This document shows, one piece after another, positions 10,105 through 21,500 of a DNA stretch of 64,000 nt. The stretch covers positions 5,107-69,106 of the forward strand of contig JABICX010000001.1 of the NCBI GenBank assembly GCA_018652045.1. Reading direction: 5' to 3'. Each line of letters begins with the position of its first letter. The first letter of the stretch is position 1. The translations under genes were made by a program, and so were the position numbers. Under the pieces are notes generated by a model. The model was not told where the DNA came from. It saw nothing but the letters and a program-made list of their open reading frames with translations, and ran no database searches. This DNA comes from Candidatus Woesearchaeota archaeon (GTDB lineage Archaea; Nanobdellota; Nanobdellia; UBA10117; JABICX01).

Positions 10105-10971
10105 ATGCGAGATAAAGTACTCTCTCTTCTCAAACAGCACGGACCAATGTTGCCGGTGGAGATCGGAAGCAAGTTAGGTATAGATAGTTTCATGGCCAAA
10201 GCCTTCCTGGCAGATCTTGTTGAGTCTGGAGAGGTAAAGATTAGTAAAGAGAAGCTAGCAGAGTCTAATATGTATTACCTTCCAGGTCAAGATAGTCAGG
10301 TACAGGTGAAAATGTCGCAGATAACTGTTGATCACAATAAGACTGCAAGAACCTACGGCGTTCCGACGGTTAGCGCAGACCCTAAACTACAGGCTAAACG
10401 AGATGCCTTTACTCAAAGGCTTCGTGAGATTGAAGAAGCAGAGCTTAAGAGACGGGCTAAATCTGTTAGTCAACCACCACCTTCAAGATCAATATCAAGA
10501 CCTACACCTCGACAGGTAGTAATGCCTATCGCAGCACCTCAACCACGACCTACACCAATACAGAGACCTTCACTCGCACCCGTTAAAGCACCAATATCTA
10601 AATCAATGCCACCACCTCCAATGCTTGATAAGGCTGCTGAGACTGCATACGAACCTGAAGCAAAACGGACATTCTTAGATCAGGCAATGGACTGGCTTCG
10701 TATGGAAGGGACTGAGATCATCGAGGAGCTTAGCTCTAAGAAGAATGAGATGGAGTTGATTGTTAATGTGTATACTGATTTTGGTAAGGTCAACTTCTAT
10801 ATGAAGATTAAGAATAAGAAGTCCATAACTGAGGCAGATCTTATGGCGATCTATGCAGGAGCAATGGAGAATAAGTGCCCAGCTGTACTCGTAACGAACG
10901 GTAATCTAGCTAAGTCCGCAGAAGCCTTTCTTGATGAGAAGGGCTGGATCATTAAAGTTAAGAAACTCTAG
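10105..10971 (+). CDS. Hypothetical protein: N-terminal wHTH, Pro-rich linker, C-terminal restriction-endonuclease-like domain
   Basis: N-term VLSLLKQHGPMLPVEIGSKLG..AFLADLV (HTH-like); central PPP-rich region; C-term YMKIKNKKSITEADL..AVLVTNGNLAKSA resembles an Mrr-like fold. Confidence 0.6.
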   Translation: MRDKVLSLLKQHGPMLPVEIGSKLGIDSFMAKAFLADLVESGEVKISKEKLAESNMYYLPGQDSQVQVKMSQITVDHNKTARTYGVPTVSADPKLQAKRDAFTQRLREIEEAELKRRAKSVSQPPPSRSISRPTPRQVVMPIAAPQPRPTPIQRPSLAPVKAPISKSMPPPPMLDKAAETAYEPEAKRTFLDQAMDWLRMEGTEIIEELSSKKNEMELIVNVYTDFGKVNFYMKIKNKKSITEADLMAIYAGAMENKCPAVLVTNGNLAKSAEAFLDEKGWIIKVKKL

Positions 10972-11005
10972 CAAACCTTAAATTATAGCTTAGATTATAC
11001 ACATT

Positions 11006-11842
11006 ATGAAGATCAAACCACACATTACACATTCTACGTTTGTATTTTTTGCGTTCGTCTTTATTATAAGTGTAATATCCATATACGCACCCGTAATCGG
11101 CATAAAAATTGATTATAAGATGATATTTTCAGCAACATCTTTGCTATTTGGTATTCTGGCAGGGTTCTCCATATCAATATTGTGGGGTAGACAGGAGACT
11201 GTTCGTGGCGTGTTAAATTCTGAAACCGCAATTCTTTATTCTATATATTTTAGGTCAGCAATTTTAGGTGAGAAAGTACAGAAAAAGCTTGCAGAGCTTA
11301 TTGATAAGTATTTAATTACAACGTTAGAATGCCCTTTGCATATGTTCGAGACATCTCGCGATGACTTTGTTAGTATATATACATACATTCGTGAGTTAAA
11401 GGTAAATGAGGTGTTGTTTTGGCATCGAAATAAGATATTAGAGTGGTTAGAAAAAGACTTCAAGAATCGAGTTAATACAACGTTTCATGCTAAAACCATG
11501 CTTGTTCCTTATCTTAGTTACTCTGTCTTTCTGCTTGGATCAATGCTTTTAGGTTTAATCATATATATGCGTGAGCCAACAATGACTTCAAAAGTCATTA
11601 CAATAATGTTGAGCTCAGTAGTTTTCTTAGTAATGCTTCTAATCCGCGATCTCAATCAGATGAAACTTTGGGAGAATATCTTCATTGAGGTAGGAGTTAA
11701 TCAGATTTTTGATGTGCTTGGAAAGAAACGCTTCTACAACCAGACTTTACTGAAGTTACATTACCAGGAGCCAAAACCTGGAGAGACCTACCGTACCATC
11801 GTAAACGGCAAAATGATAGAGAAAACAGCTCCAGCAAAATAG
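11006..11842 (+). CDS. Four-TM membrane protein (DUF4239/bestrophin-like)
   Basis: Two N-terminal and two C-terminal TM helices around a helical soluble domain; LLFGILAGFSI..W and LIRDLN patterns. Confidence 0.6.
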   Translation: MKIKPHITHSTFVFFAFVFIISVISIYAPVIGIKIDYKMIFSATSLLFGILAGFSISILWGRQETVRGVLNSETAILYSIYFRSAILGEKVQKKLAELIDKYLITTLECPLHMFETSRDDFVSIYTYIRELKVNEVLFWHRNKILEWLEKDFKNRVNTTFHAKTMLVPYLSYSVFLLGSMLLGLIIYMREPTMTSKVITIMLSSVVFLVMLLIRDLNQMKLWENIFIEVGVNQIFDVLGKKRFYNQTLLKLHYQEPKPGETYRTIVNGKMIEKTAPAK

Positions 11843-11857
11843 TTCTGATAGGTAGTC

Positions 11858-11864
11858 TTATAAA
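11858..11864 (+). promoter_or_regulatory. TATA box of the tRNA gene
   Basis: TTATAAA ending 24 nt before the mature tRNA 5' end. Confidence 0.65.
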
Positions 11865-11887
11865 TTAAAGTTCTGAATTCTAGCTAT

Positions 11888-11962
11888 AGCGGGATGGGGC
11901 AGTCTGGAGTGCCCGTCGGGCTCATAACCCGAAGGTCGTTGGTTCAAATCCATCTCCCGCTA
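11888..11962 (+). tRNA. Initiator tRNA-Met (CAT)
   Basis: Acceptor stem AGCGGGA/TCCCGCT with A1-U72 and discriminator A; anticodon arm TCGGG-CTCATAA-CCCGA with three consecutive G-C pairs; T-loop TTCAAAT; no intron; CCA not encoded. Confidence 0.96.
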
Positions 11963-12064
11963 TTTTGTGTTTATTTAGTATAGAATAGCCTAAGCTATCT
12001 TATATTAACTATGTTTAGTTGTGAAGCCACCGTTCTCGAACGTAATTAACACACATTAAAATCG

Positions 12065-12183
12065 TTATAGACATAACGTAGGATTATAATACGTAGTTTG
12101 TACTTAAAACTACTGGTTAATGGTGTTAAGCTAGTACTATTATAGACATAACCTAGTATTATTATGGATATAACGTAGTACTA
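12065..12183 (+). repeat. Imperfect 22-bp direct repeats, candidate transcription-factor binding array
   Basis: TTATAGACATAACGTAGGATTA (12065), TAATGGTGTTAAGCTAGTACTA (12118), TTATAGACATAACCTAGTATTA (12140), TTATGGATATAACGTAGTACTA (12162); the last three are in tandem. Confidence 0.75.
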
Positions 12184-12194
12184 AAAACATAACC

Positions 12195-12202
12195 TTTATA
12201 TA
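12195..12202 (+). promoter_or_regulatory. TATA box for the wHTH-giant protein operon
   Basis: TTTATATA directly downstream of the repeat array; purine-rich leader with GAGG before ATG 12272. Confidence 0.6.
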
Positions 12203-12271
12203 TACTATATTGTACGTATAAACATCTCTTGGGTAGGGTGTAATTGAGCGAGGAAAGTGGGTAGTCTCTAG

Positions 12272-12547
12272 ATGGTTCGGGTCAGTGTAGCTAAAGGTAA
12301 AAAAAGGGGAGCGGGAAAGCGCTCTTTCTCAAAAATACGTAAATTATTACTTGTTAGCCTCGCAGCAGGCCCAAAAAACTTAAATGAACTCTCAAAAATT
12401 TCTAAGGTAAACTGGCGCACCACGCGCAACCACATCGCTTTTTTAGTTGGCATGGGATATGTCAAGGAAATTTTCACTAGCCCACAAGTACGCATCTTTG
12501 AAATAACAAAGCATGGTATGGAGGGGCTAGCTAGAAATGCAGTCTAA
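12272..12547 (+). CDS. Winged helix-turn-helix (ArsR-like) regulator, paralog 1
   Basis: IRKLLLVSL..GPKNLNELSKISKVNWRTTRNHIAFLVGMGYV..RIFEITKHG; overlaps the giant-gene start by 11 nt. Confidence 0.85.
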   Translation: MVRVSVAKGKKRGAGKRSFSKIRKLLLVSLAAGPKNLNELSKISKVNWRTTRNHIAFLVGMGYVKEIFTSPQVRIFEITKHGMEGLARNAV

Positions 12548-15500
12548 GGTCTCTCAGTTTGCTTTCATTATAGCGTTTATCATAGTTCTTCTATCCTTAA
12601 CTACCCAAGTTGATTTAAGCGGAACAGTTACTGGAAAAACCACCGCCGGCGTAGCAGATGACTACGAGCACAGCCTAGAGATTACCGCAGACACAAGTTC
12701 TGAGATTATAACCCAAGAGATAGTCTTTGACCAATACAAACCCGACACCTGTGCAGAAGGAATAGCTATCTACACCGGATCTGGCGATGAGGTCTCATTT
12801 GAGACCTCTGATGACCAGTATAACGAGACATCTTGCCTTAGCACCATAATTTCATTTTCTAACAGTATCTACCACGAACCTGTTGAAGAAGAACCTTCTA
12901 CCGAACCAGAAGATCCTACCTATGCGATACCTGAACCTGAAGAACCTGTAGACGACCCTGCGCCAACCGAACCTGAAGAACCTGAATACTCAACACCTGA
13001 AACCCAACCTGAAGCATCTGAGGAAGCTGTAGCGGAAACAGGCGAGACTGAGTCAGAATCTGACCCACTGAGCGAACAAAGTTCGCGCGGCCTTTCTGAG
13101 CAAAGCTCAGATCGGGAATCCGAACCATCTGGAGACGATACCCAAACTCAGTCTGAGCCTGCCTCAGAACCAGTTCCTTCTGAAGAACCAACTCCCGAGT
13201 CAATACCTGAACCTGAATTTGGAATCACTGGAGCAGTTTCTGGAATGCCTGAAGGTGAGCAGACCATGACCTATTACATCTTCTATGGTAAGATCGTAGA
13301 AGCACCTGTTGAAGAACCAACTAACGAAACAGAAGAAGAGCCAAACGAGACTGTAGACGAACCCGTTAATGAGACTAACGAAACAATCAATGAAACAATC
13401 AATGAGACTGTTAATGAAACAATACAGCCAATAAATGCGACCATTAACGAGACAGTTGAACCAATATCAAATGTTACAGCCCGAGTTCGAACAATTCAGT
13501 CAAATGTAACGATTTTCCAGCCAGTTATTTGGCAACAATTTATTGAGCCTGACCAAGATACAGAAACTTTGGAATTTGAAGTTCCAGAGCCAGCAACCAA
13601 TATTAAAGTAACAAAAATCAAAGAAACTGGCGAAGAGCACATTATTCCAGATGAGCATTTAGAAGGTGTTGATTTAGAAGATTTAGATGAATTTACTATT
13701 GCAGCTAACCCTGTGGAAGGGGAACCAACACCCGAAGAAACAACACCCGAACATGTAAATGAAACAGTTGAACCTGAAGAGATAATAAATCCCGAATTCT
13801 CAATTACAGGTGCAGTAACCTCTGAAGCACTTCGAGAACAGGCAATTGCATTCTGGAACTTGTTCCTGAACTTATTTAGAGGAGGAATCACTGGATTTGT
13901 AGTATCTGAACCACAAACAGAACTACTTGAAGTTCCAAATAAAACAATCACAATTAATGAAAATATAACTCCGCAAGATGAAATTGTAATTGAATACGAA
14001 ACTCCTGCTCCAATCACAACTGAAGAACAAACCTCCTTTGGAAAAAGAGTAGTTGTTTCTTCAGATATCCACTATGAAAATGTTCTAACTTACACTAATA
14101 TTGAACAGCAGGTATCTGAATCAGCAATCAAGCTTTACTGGCTTAAAGAGACGCAAAGCTTTGATAATGAAACCAACGAAACAACAACATTTGTAGATCG
14201 AACCGATGTTACTAATGATCTTGAGATCGAGCTATGGAAGTTAGATACTGATGGAGATGGTAGGATAGACTACCTTGAATGGATTACCCCTCACCTTTCA
14301 AACGAGACTTTTGAAATTGAATTAACCATACTAACTGTTCAGAGCTACCCTGCATTACACGGTAACTGGACAGTTGATTTCAACACAACTGGAACCGCAA
14401 ATCTAACAATTCAGGCAACAAATGGAACAACTTGGAGTGATGAATATAATGAAAGTGTTGATTTAGAGTTCTTGAACCTAACCTGTGGAAATGAATCTGT
14501 GAACTACTCTTGGATTAATGATACTGTTTTTGTTGAAGATTATTCTTGTAATGAAACTGGTTTTGAGATTAGTAGCCCACACACGCACGGCGTACACACA
14601 ATAAGATTCCAATTTGGAGATCAAGTAGCATATGCATACAATAGTGTTACTTTAAATGAATTTAATTATCACTTTGATGGATCTCCACCGAATTCTGTAG
14701 ATAATGTACAGGATGTCTATCTATCAGGTGATTTGTTATATATAACTTCAACAGATGATGATGAAGTTTCCATACTTAATGTCTCAGACCCAACAAGCAT
14801 AGCTGCTTTAGATGGTTATGTTGATACAGCTTATTCATTTTCAGTAGAGCAGGTTCATGAGGTAATGGTCATCGGAGACTTACTTTATACAATTAGTGTT
14901 GCTGATGACAATTTTAATATACTTAATGTCTCAGACCCAACAGCAATATCTACCACTGGCGGTGGTTCTTATTTAGATAATAGTGCAGACGGTTCTATAG
15001 ATAATCCTTTGGGTATGGATATAGTAGGTGATTTAGCATATGTAACATCTGCTGCAGATGATTGTCTGACGATTATAAATGTTTCAAACCCTACTACAGT
15101 AGTTGGTGGAACGGGAGATATTGGTAGTCTTTGTGATAGTACTAACTTAAACACTGCCAATGAAGTAGTAGTCTCAGGAGATTACGCATATGTTGCTGCG
15201 GCTGGAGGAGGTTCCCAAGGTTTAGCTATTATAAATGTCTCAGACCCAACAAGTCCTACGCACGTCGCACAGTATACAAATGCAACAGAACCATTAAACA
15301 CGCACTCTCCGTATGCTCTGGATGTATATGGAGACTATGTTTTCTTAGGTGCATATAGTGATGGATTTAGTGGAATAGTTGTAATTGATGTTTCAGATCC
15401 AGAAAATCCAAATGCAGTAGCATCATATAAAGATGAGGATGGACCAGATTCAATCGATGGACCAATGGATGTTCAAGTATCTGGTCAAGGTAATTATCTG

Positions 15501-18500
15501 TATGTAGCAAGTTATCTAGACGCTTGTTTTACTATCCTTGATATATCTGACCCAGCAACACCAACTGCGGTAGCTAGTTACTGTAATACTACGACAATCG
15601 CTGGCGCGTATGATATAGCGATTTCAACAGATACTGAAACCGCATTTATCGCTGGCTCGACTGCGAGTTCAGGTGTAGTATCTTTTGTAAATATTACAGG
15701 TTATTCTGAAACAACTGCTGGGCCACCATCAATGTCTTCAGCAAGTATATTACCGGCAGTACCAAAAACATCAGATGATTTGCAAGGTTCCTGCCTAGCA
15801 ACAGATAATAATGATACAGTTACTTATTACTATGAATGGTTTAAAGATGATATATCAGATAGCAGTGGAAGTAGTGTAGGTCATGCTCCTGGAAGCGCAG
15901 TTAATTTAGATAACATAAGTGCTGCAAGTACTTCAGATAATGAAGAATGGATCTTTTCCTGTCTTGCTGATGATGGTGCAGATAATTCTAGCTGGATGAA
16001 TAGTAGCACTGCAACAGTGGGTAATATACCTCCAGGAGATTTTACCGCAGTTACATTAGCATCCTCTTCAGGCGCTAATTTATTTTCTGACAATCTTTCA
16101 GTTACATGGACAGAAAGCACCGATAATAATGGAGATACAGTCTATAACATCACTGACTGGAGATTAAACGGATCCTCAATAGCTGTCCTCAACATGCCAT
16201 TTGAATCCAACAGAAGCGGACAAGCTGGCGCAATAGTTAGAGATTATTCAACTCAAAACACAAATGGAACCTTTTCTGGATTTGATTGGGATGCAGATTC
16301 TGGTTGGCGAAATGACACGTGGTGCGCAGTTGGAGGCTGTTATGAATTTGACGGAACAGATAATTACATCTCTCTGCCAAACAACGCTTTTGATGAATAT
16401 ACACAGGGAACTATTCTTTTATGGGTATATCCAACAGACCTAAGTGCAACCGGATGCATGTATTCATATGGAGATGATTTTAATGATGCGAAATTTATTA
16501 ACTTTGCGAGTCAATCATCTGGAAAAGTTAGGTTAGCTTTGAGAGAGGACACAAGTGCAAATGACGTACTAATGGATAGTGATAATAATGTACTAAGCCA
16601 AGACATGTGGAATCACGTTGCAGTAACTAACAATGGAAGTACGTGGATTATGTACATAAATGGAACTGAAGTACCCTTCACGGTGACTGAAGAAGGAACT
16701 GCTACAGAGGGAATGTGGTTTGATGATATTGCTCCTTCTGCAGAACGTTCTTGCATAGGCGCACTATGTAGAGATGATGATAGAACTTTCTTTCAAGGAG
16801 GTGTGGACGAATTCCAGATATATAACCGTAGTCTTACTCCTGAACAAATAAGTGAAATATATCAAGCAGGTGTAGCGAATCACTCTATACAGAACCTCAA
16901 CGCTAATGAAACATCTGCAGATGATGCATGGACAGTTGCAGTTACTCCAAATGATTTGCTAGATGATGGATCAACAAATGTTTCAAATCAATTAGATATA
17001 CTCGCAGTTAATCTCTGTGCGCCAGCATCTGATGTAGAGCTAACCGCAAACAAAACTTGTGCGAGCTTGCATATCGAATCAGGCATTACTGTAAACACAT
17101 CAACTTTTGCATATTCAGTTACTGGCGATGTATTTATTAACGGAACATTAAACGCGAGTCAGGGTAAGAACCAGACTTTTAGATCGTTAGATATTAATTC
17201 AGGTGGAACCTATCACGAACCTGCAGATACCACAAAAATAACGTCTGAAAATAGTCTTGGATCTGCAGTAGATTGTGATGGTACGTATGTTGGTAACGGT
17301 GGATATTTGTTAATAAATACTAATCAGCTAGATACTAATATCGATCTAAAATGTGTGAGTGGAAGCGCGCACGACTTAGAAATTGATCTAACTAATACTG
17401 GTTATGATGCAACCGTTAGTGGTGCTGGTACTGGCGGACTGTATCTAACGGGAGATTTGATTATTGATGATGGTGAATTAGATACAGATAATCATATTGT
17501 AAATATAACGGGTGAACTATGGATACAGGCTGGCGGATATTTTGATACACGTGGAGATACAGTTGCACACGAATTTGGTGCAATAGATCTCGACAGTAGT
17601 GGTTATTTTTATGAAGGCGACGGAAAAATTATAATTGATTCAGAAGCCAGTTCTTACGCAATAGATTGCGATGGTTATTGGGTAGATGACGCCTCAACAA
17701 CGTCAATCGAGACTAATACCAATACCGCAATGGATATTTACTGTCAGACTACGGGTTATCGTCTGACTAACCTTGATATTAAACTCGGAAGTTCAGCCTA
17801 TGAGGTTACTACTACCACAACAATGTATATCGGTAAAACCTTGACCATAAAAGAAGGTGCTCTAGATACATCAGTTGGTTATTTTGGCACACATGAACCA
17901 ATAATTGTTATTGAAGATGGCGGGTTTTTGGATCTGGCTAGCAATAATAATGGTATAAATGTAGAGTCTGTTGATATTCAATCAGGTGGATCTTTTACAG
18001 GACCTAATAATATAATCTCAATAAATGCAAGTTCTGGAACCTGCTGGAATAATGCAGGTACATTTACAGCAGCGAGCGCGTCAACAGTTGAGTTTGATGG
18101 AGGTTGTACAGTAGTAACTGGTGGAACAGGGACTGGAAATGATTTTGCCAATGTTCAGTTTGATGGAGGAACAACAACTCTAAGCACAAATGGAATTGAT
18201 GTAGATGGATGGCTATTGTTAAATGGTGGATCATTTGATGCGAATGGCCAAGCAGTAACTGTTGTAGGAGATACCAATGTAACAAGTGGAACACTTACGG
18301 GTGGAGCTGGCGCAATGACCTTTGGGTCACTAACTATCGCTTCTGGCCAGACTTATTCAGCAACCAGCGGAACAACCACTATCACAAGCGAAGCAACTTC
18401 AGGATATGCGATTAGTCATTTGTCAGGTGGAACTTTGACAGCAAATTCAGGAATAATAAACGTAACAACTTCAGCAACAACTTCACTTGACTTTAGTGGA

Positions 18501-21500
18501 ACAGGAAATCCATATACTATAGAAGTTACTGGCGGAACAAAAGTCTGGCAACAAAATACTGCTCTCGATGGTAATCTAACAGTATCTTCTGGAACATTTA
18601 GAGCAAATAGTGCAGCTAAGACTTTAACTGTAACGGGTGATGTTGATGTCACTGGAACGCTAGGAGGTGGATCTCAAACTGCAGCAAACTCTTTCGGCTC
18701 ACTAACCATAAATTCTGGTGGAACCTATGAAGCTACAAGCGGAACAACCACAATCACTAGCAAGGCAAGTAATGATTATGCTTTAGATAACGATGGAACA
18801 CTTACACATAATTCAGGAACAGTTAATATAACTACGGGAGCTACAACATATATAGATGTAGTTGAGTCTGGTGGAGTGTATAATCTTGAAGTAGATAGTG
18901 GAAATATTGTTTCTTGTGTAAATAGTGCACCAACAATAGCAGGTAACTTAACTGTGTCTTCTGGAACATTTAAGATGGATAGTAGCAGTGCAAGCTTAAC
19001 TGCAACTGCGGATGTAGATGTTACTGGAACACTTGGCGATGGTTCTGACTCAGGTGCATTTACTTTCGGATCTCTAACTATCAACTCAGGCGGAACATAT
19101 TCAGCAACCAGCGGAACAACAACAATTACAGGAGAGGCGCCAAGTGGATTTGCTTTAGATAATGATGGAACTTTAACAGCAAATTCAGGATTAATTAATA
19201 TAACTACTACTGGAAGCACATTTATAGATATTCTTGGAACAGTAGCAGGAAATCCTTATGATTTAGAATATGATTCATCTGGAGGATATTTGACAATATC
19301 AGGTAATAATTCTGCTGTAGATAATAATTTAATAATAGATGCAGGACAATTCCGGCCAGGTAATAATGATGATTTTAATGCTACAGGTGATGTAACTGTT
19401 GCAGGTGGACAATTATATGATGGCGATGAGACAGGTACAGCTACATTTGGTTCCCTAACAATCAACTCAGGTGGGACATATGATGCTACAAGTGGAACAA
19501 CAACAATGAAGGGAGACTTTTCAAATGCAGGAATTTTCACGCATAATGATGGAACCGTTACAACAGCAGGAACAGATGTAAATATATCTGGAACTGTTGA
19601 CCCTGCGTTCTACGACTTAACAATTGGATCTGGAACTGCACACCTTAAGAGCAATATGACTGTAGAAAATGCACTAACTGTTTCAGGAAGCACAGAGGTT
19701 GACCTGTATGGCTATAATTATACCTTTGGAACTGCTTCGGCAGCTGGAACAATTGCAAACTCTGGAACTGTTGATGTTGGTACTACAAGTCAAGATATCC
19801 AGCTTTACGCAGCTAGTGAATCTTATTACTTTACTGTAACTGGCACAGATATTGACTGGAACGACAAATCTGGAACAAACTGGTATGTCAAATGGGTTGA
19901 CTATGACCCAAACGTAGATACTGGAACTGGAACCAACCTTAATCTTACATGGGATGGAGATGTTATCTTTGATGGCTTCACTATGCGAAATGGATTTACA
20001 TTAGATCCACAATCTTATGACTGGACAACTGCGTCGGACACATGGATAGATGGTAAGGTAGTTAGTGGATCTGGATACCATAACCTACACACATTAGTTA
20101 CTAGCACAAATGCAGATTATACTGCTACAAGCGGGCGGACTCGAGTCTATAATCGAATGAGTGGAAATGGAATCAACTTAGGAGCTAGTGGAACTTTCAA
20201 CCACAACAACGGTCACATGGAGGTAGCTGGCCAGTCAACGGCACAGGCAATCGTGGTTAGTAATGGCGCAACCTTCTATGACCTGAATATATCAAATACT
20301 GCTGGAAGCTATGTCTATCTAAAGTCGAATATTGTGGTTGATAAGGATATGTGGGTAGAATCAGATACTTTTGATTCTATTGGCTATAATGTAGGTGTCT
20401 CTGGAGGCGTCTATGTAACTGGTGGCGAATGGAATGCTTCAACTGGAACAAACACTGTTGGAAATTTAACTATTTCATCAGGTGCATCTGTAAACGCTAC
20501 ATCTGGTGTCTTGACGATCAATGGCTCGCTATTCAACAACGCAGGAAGTTTCTATCCAGATAGTGGAACTGTTGCGTTCAATGGCGCATCTACAACCATC
20601 ATGGGAAACACGGGCTTTTCTGAGCTGCGTATCTCTGGAAATGTAACAGATGATGGCGATTCTAATTACACTGTAATGAATGTCACATCTGTTGGTAATT
20701 TTACGTATAATACCAGTAACTATGACTACAATGTAACCTACTATAAAGCAACGGGCGGATATGTAGGTATTGCATCTAGTTCAACTCTTACATCTAATAC
20801 TACCTATTGGAATGGAACTGCAGATGGAAACAAGCTAACTGCTAATACAACGGGAGCAGCTTACTTTGTAGATGTTATTGAAGCAGGTTCTAACTGGTGG
20901 GTTGGTGGCTGGAACAGTGCACCAACAATGACTAGTGCAGATATCCAACCAGATCCAGCATATACAACCAGCGCGTTACTTGGATATTGTAGAGCAGATG
21001 ATTCAGAGAGTGATAATGTAACTTTCCACTACCAGTGGTACAATAACAGTGTTTCAGTTGAGACGGGATATAATTCAACATCTCTACTGCAGGGAGTGGA
21101 GTATGTTATCCACGCTCTGACTAGTGGAAATATCTCAAAAGGTGAAAACTGGACTTTTGCATGTATTGCACAAGATGATTTAGCTAATGCTTCAGCGTGG
21201 ATAAATGATTCAGTTTTAATCTCAAACACAGTTCCAACAGCTTTCACCTCAGTTGTATTGGCTGCAACAAATACCTCTCTAAACAACACCAATCAGAACC
21301 TGACCGTTACCTGGACCGATGGTTCAGACTCAGACTCAGACGCAATATACAACATCACCGACTGGAGACTTAACAGCACATCCATAGCAGTTCTAAACAT
21401 GCCATTTGATTCCAATAGATCAGGCCAGTCTGGCTCGATTGTCCGAGACTATTCAACTAATACAAATAATGGAACTTTAGAAGGAAATCCGCAAGGGGTC

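Noticed and set aside
11935-11955. tRNA pseudogene because of a T-T mismatch in the T stem
   Set aside because: All initiator identity elements and the promoter are intact; a single mismatch there is tolerated.
12065-12183. CRISPR array or replication origin
   Set aside because: Units are tandem and degenerate with no unique spacers. There is no ORB-like G-string and no cdc6/orc1 nearby. Position next to a TATA box and recurrence at other promoters fit operator sites better.
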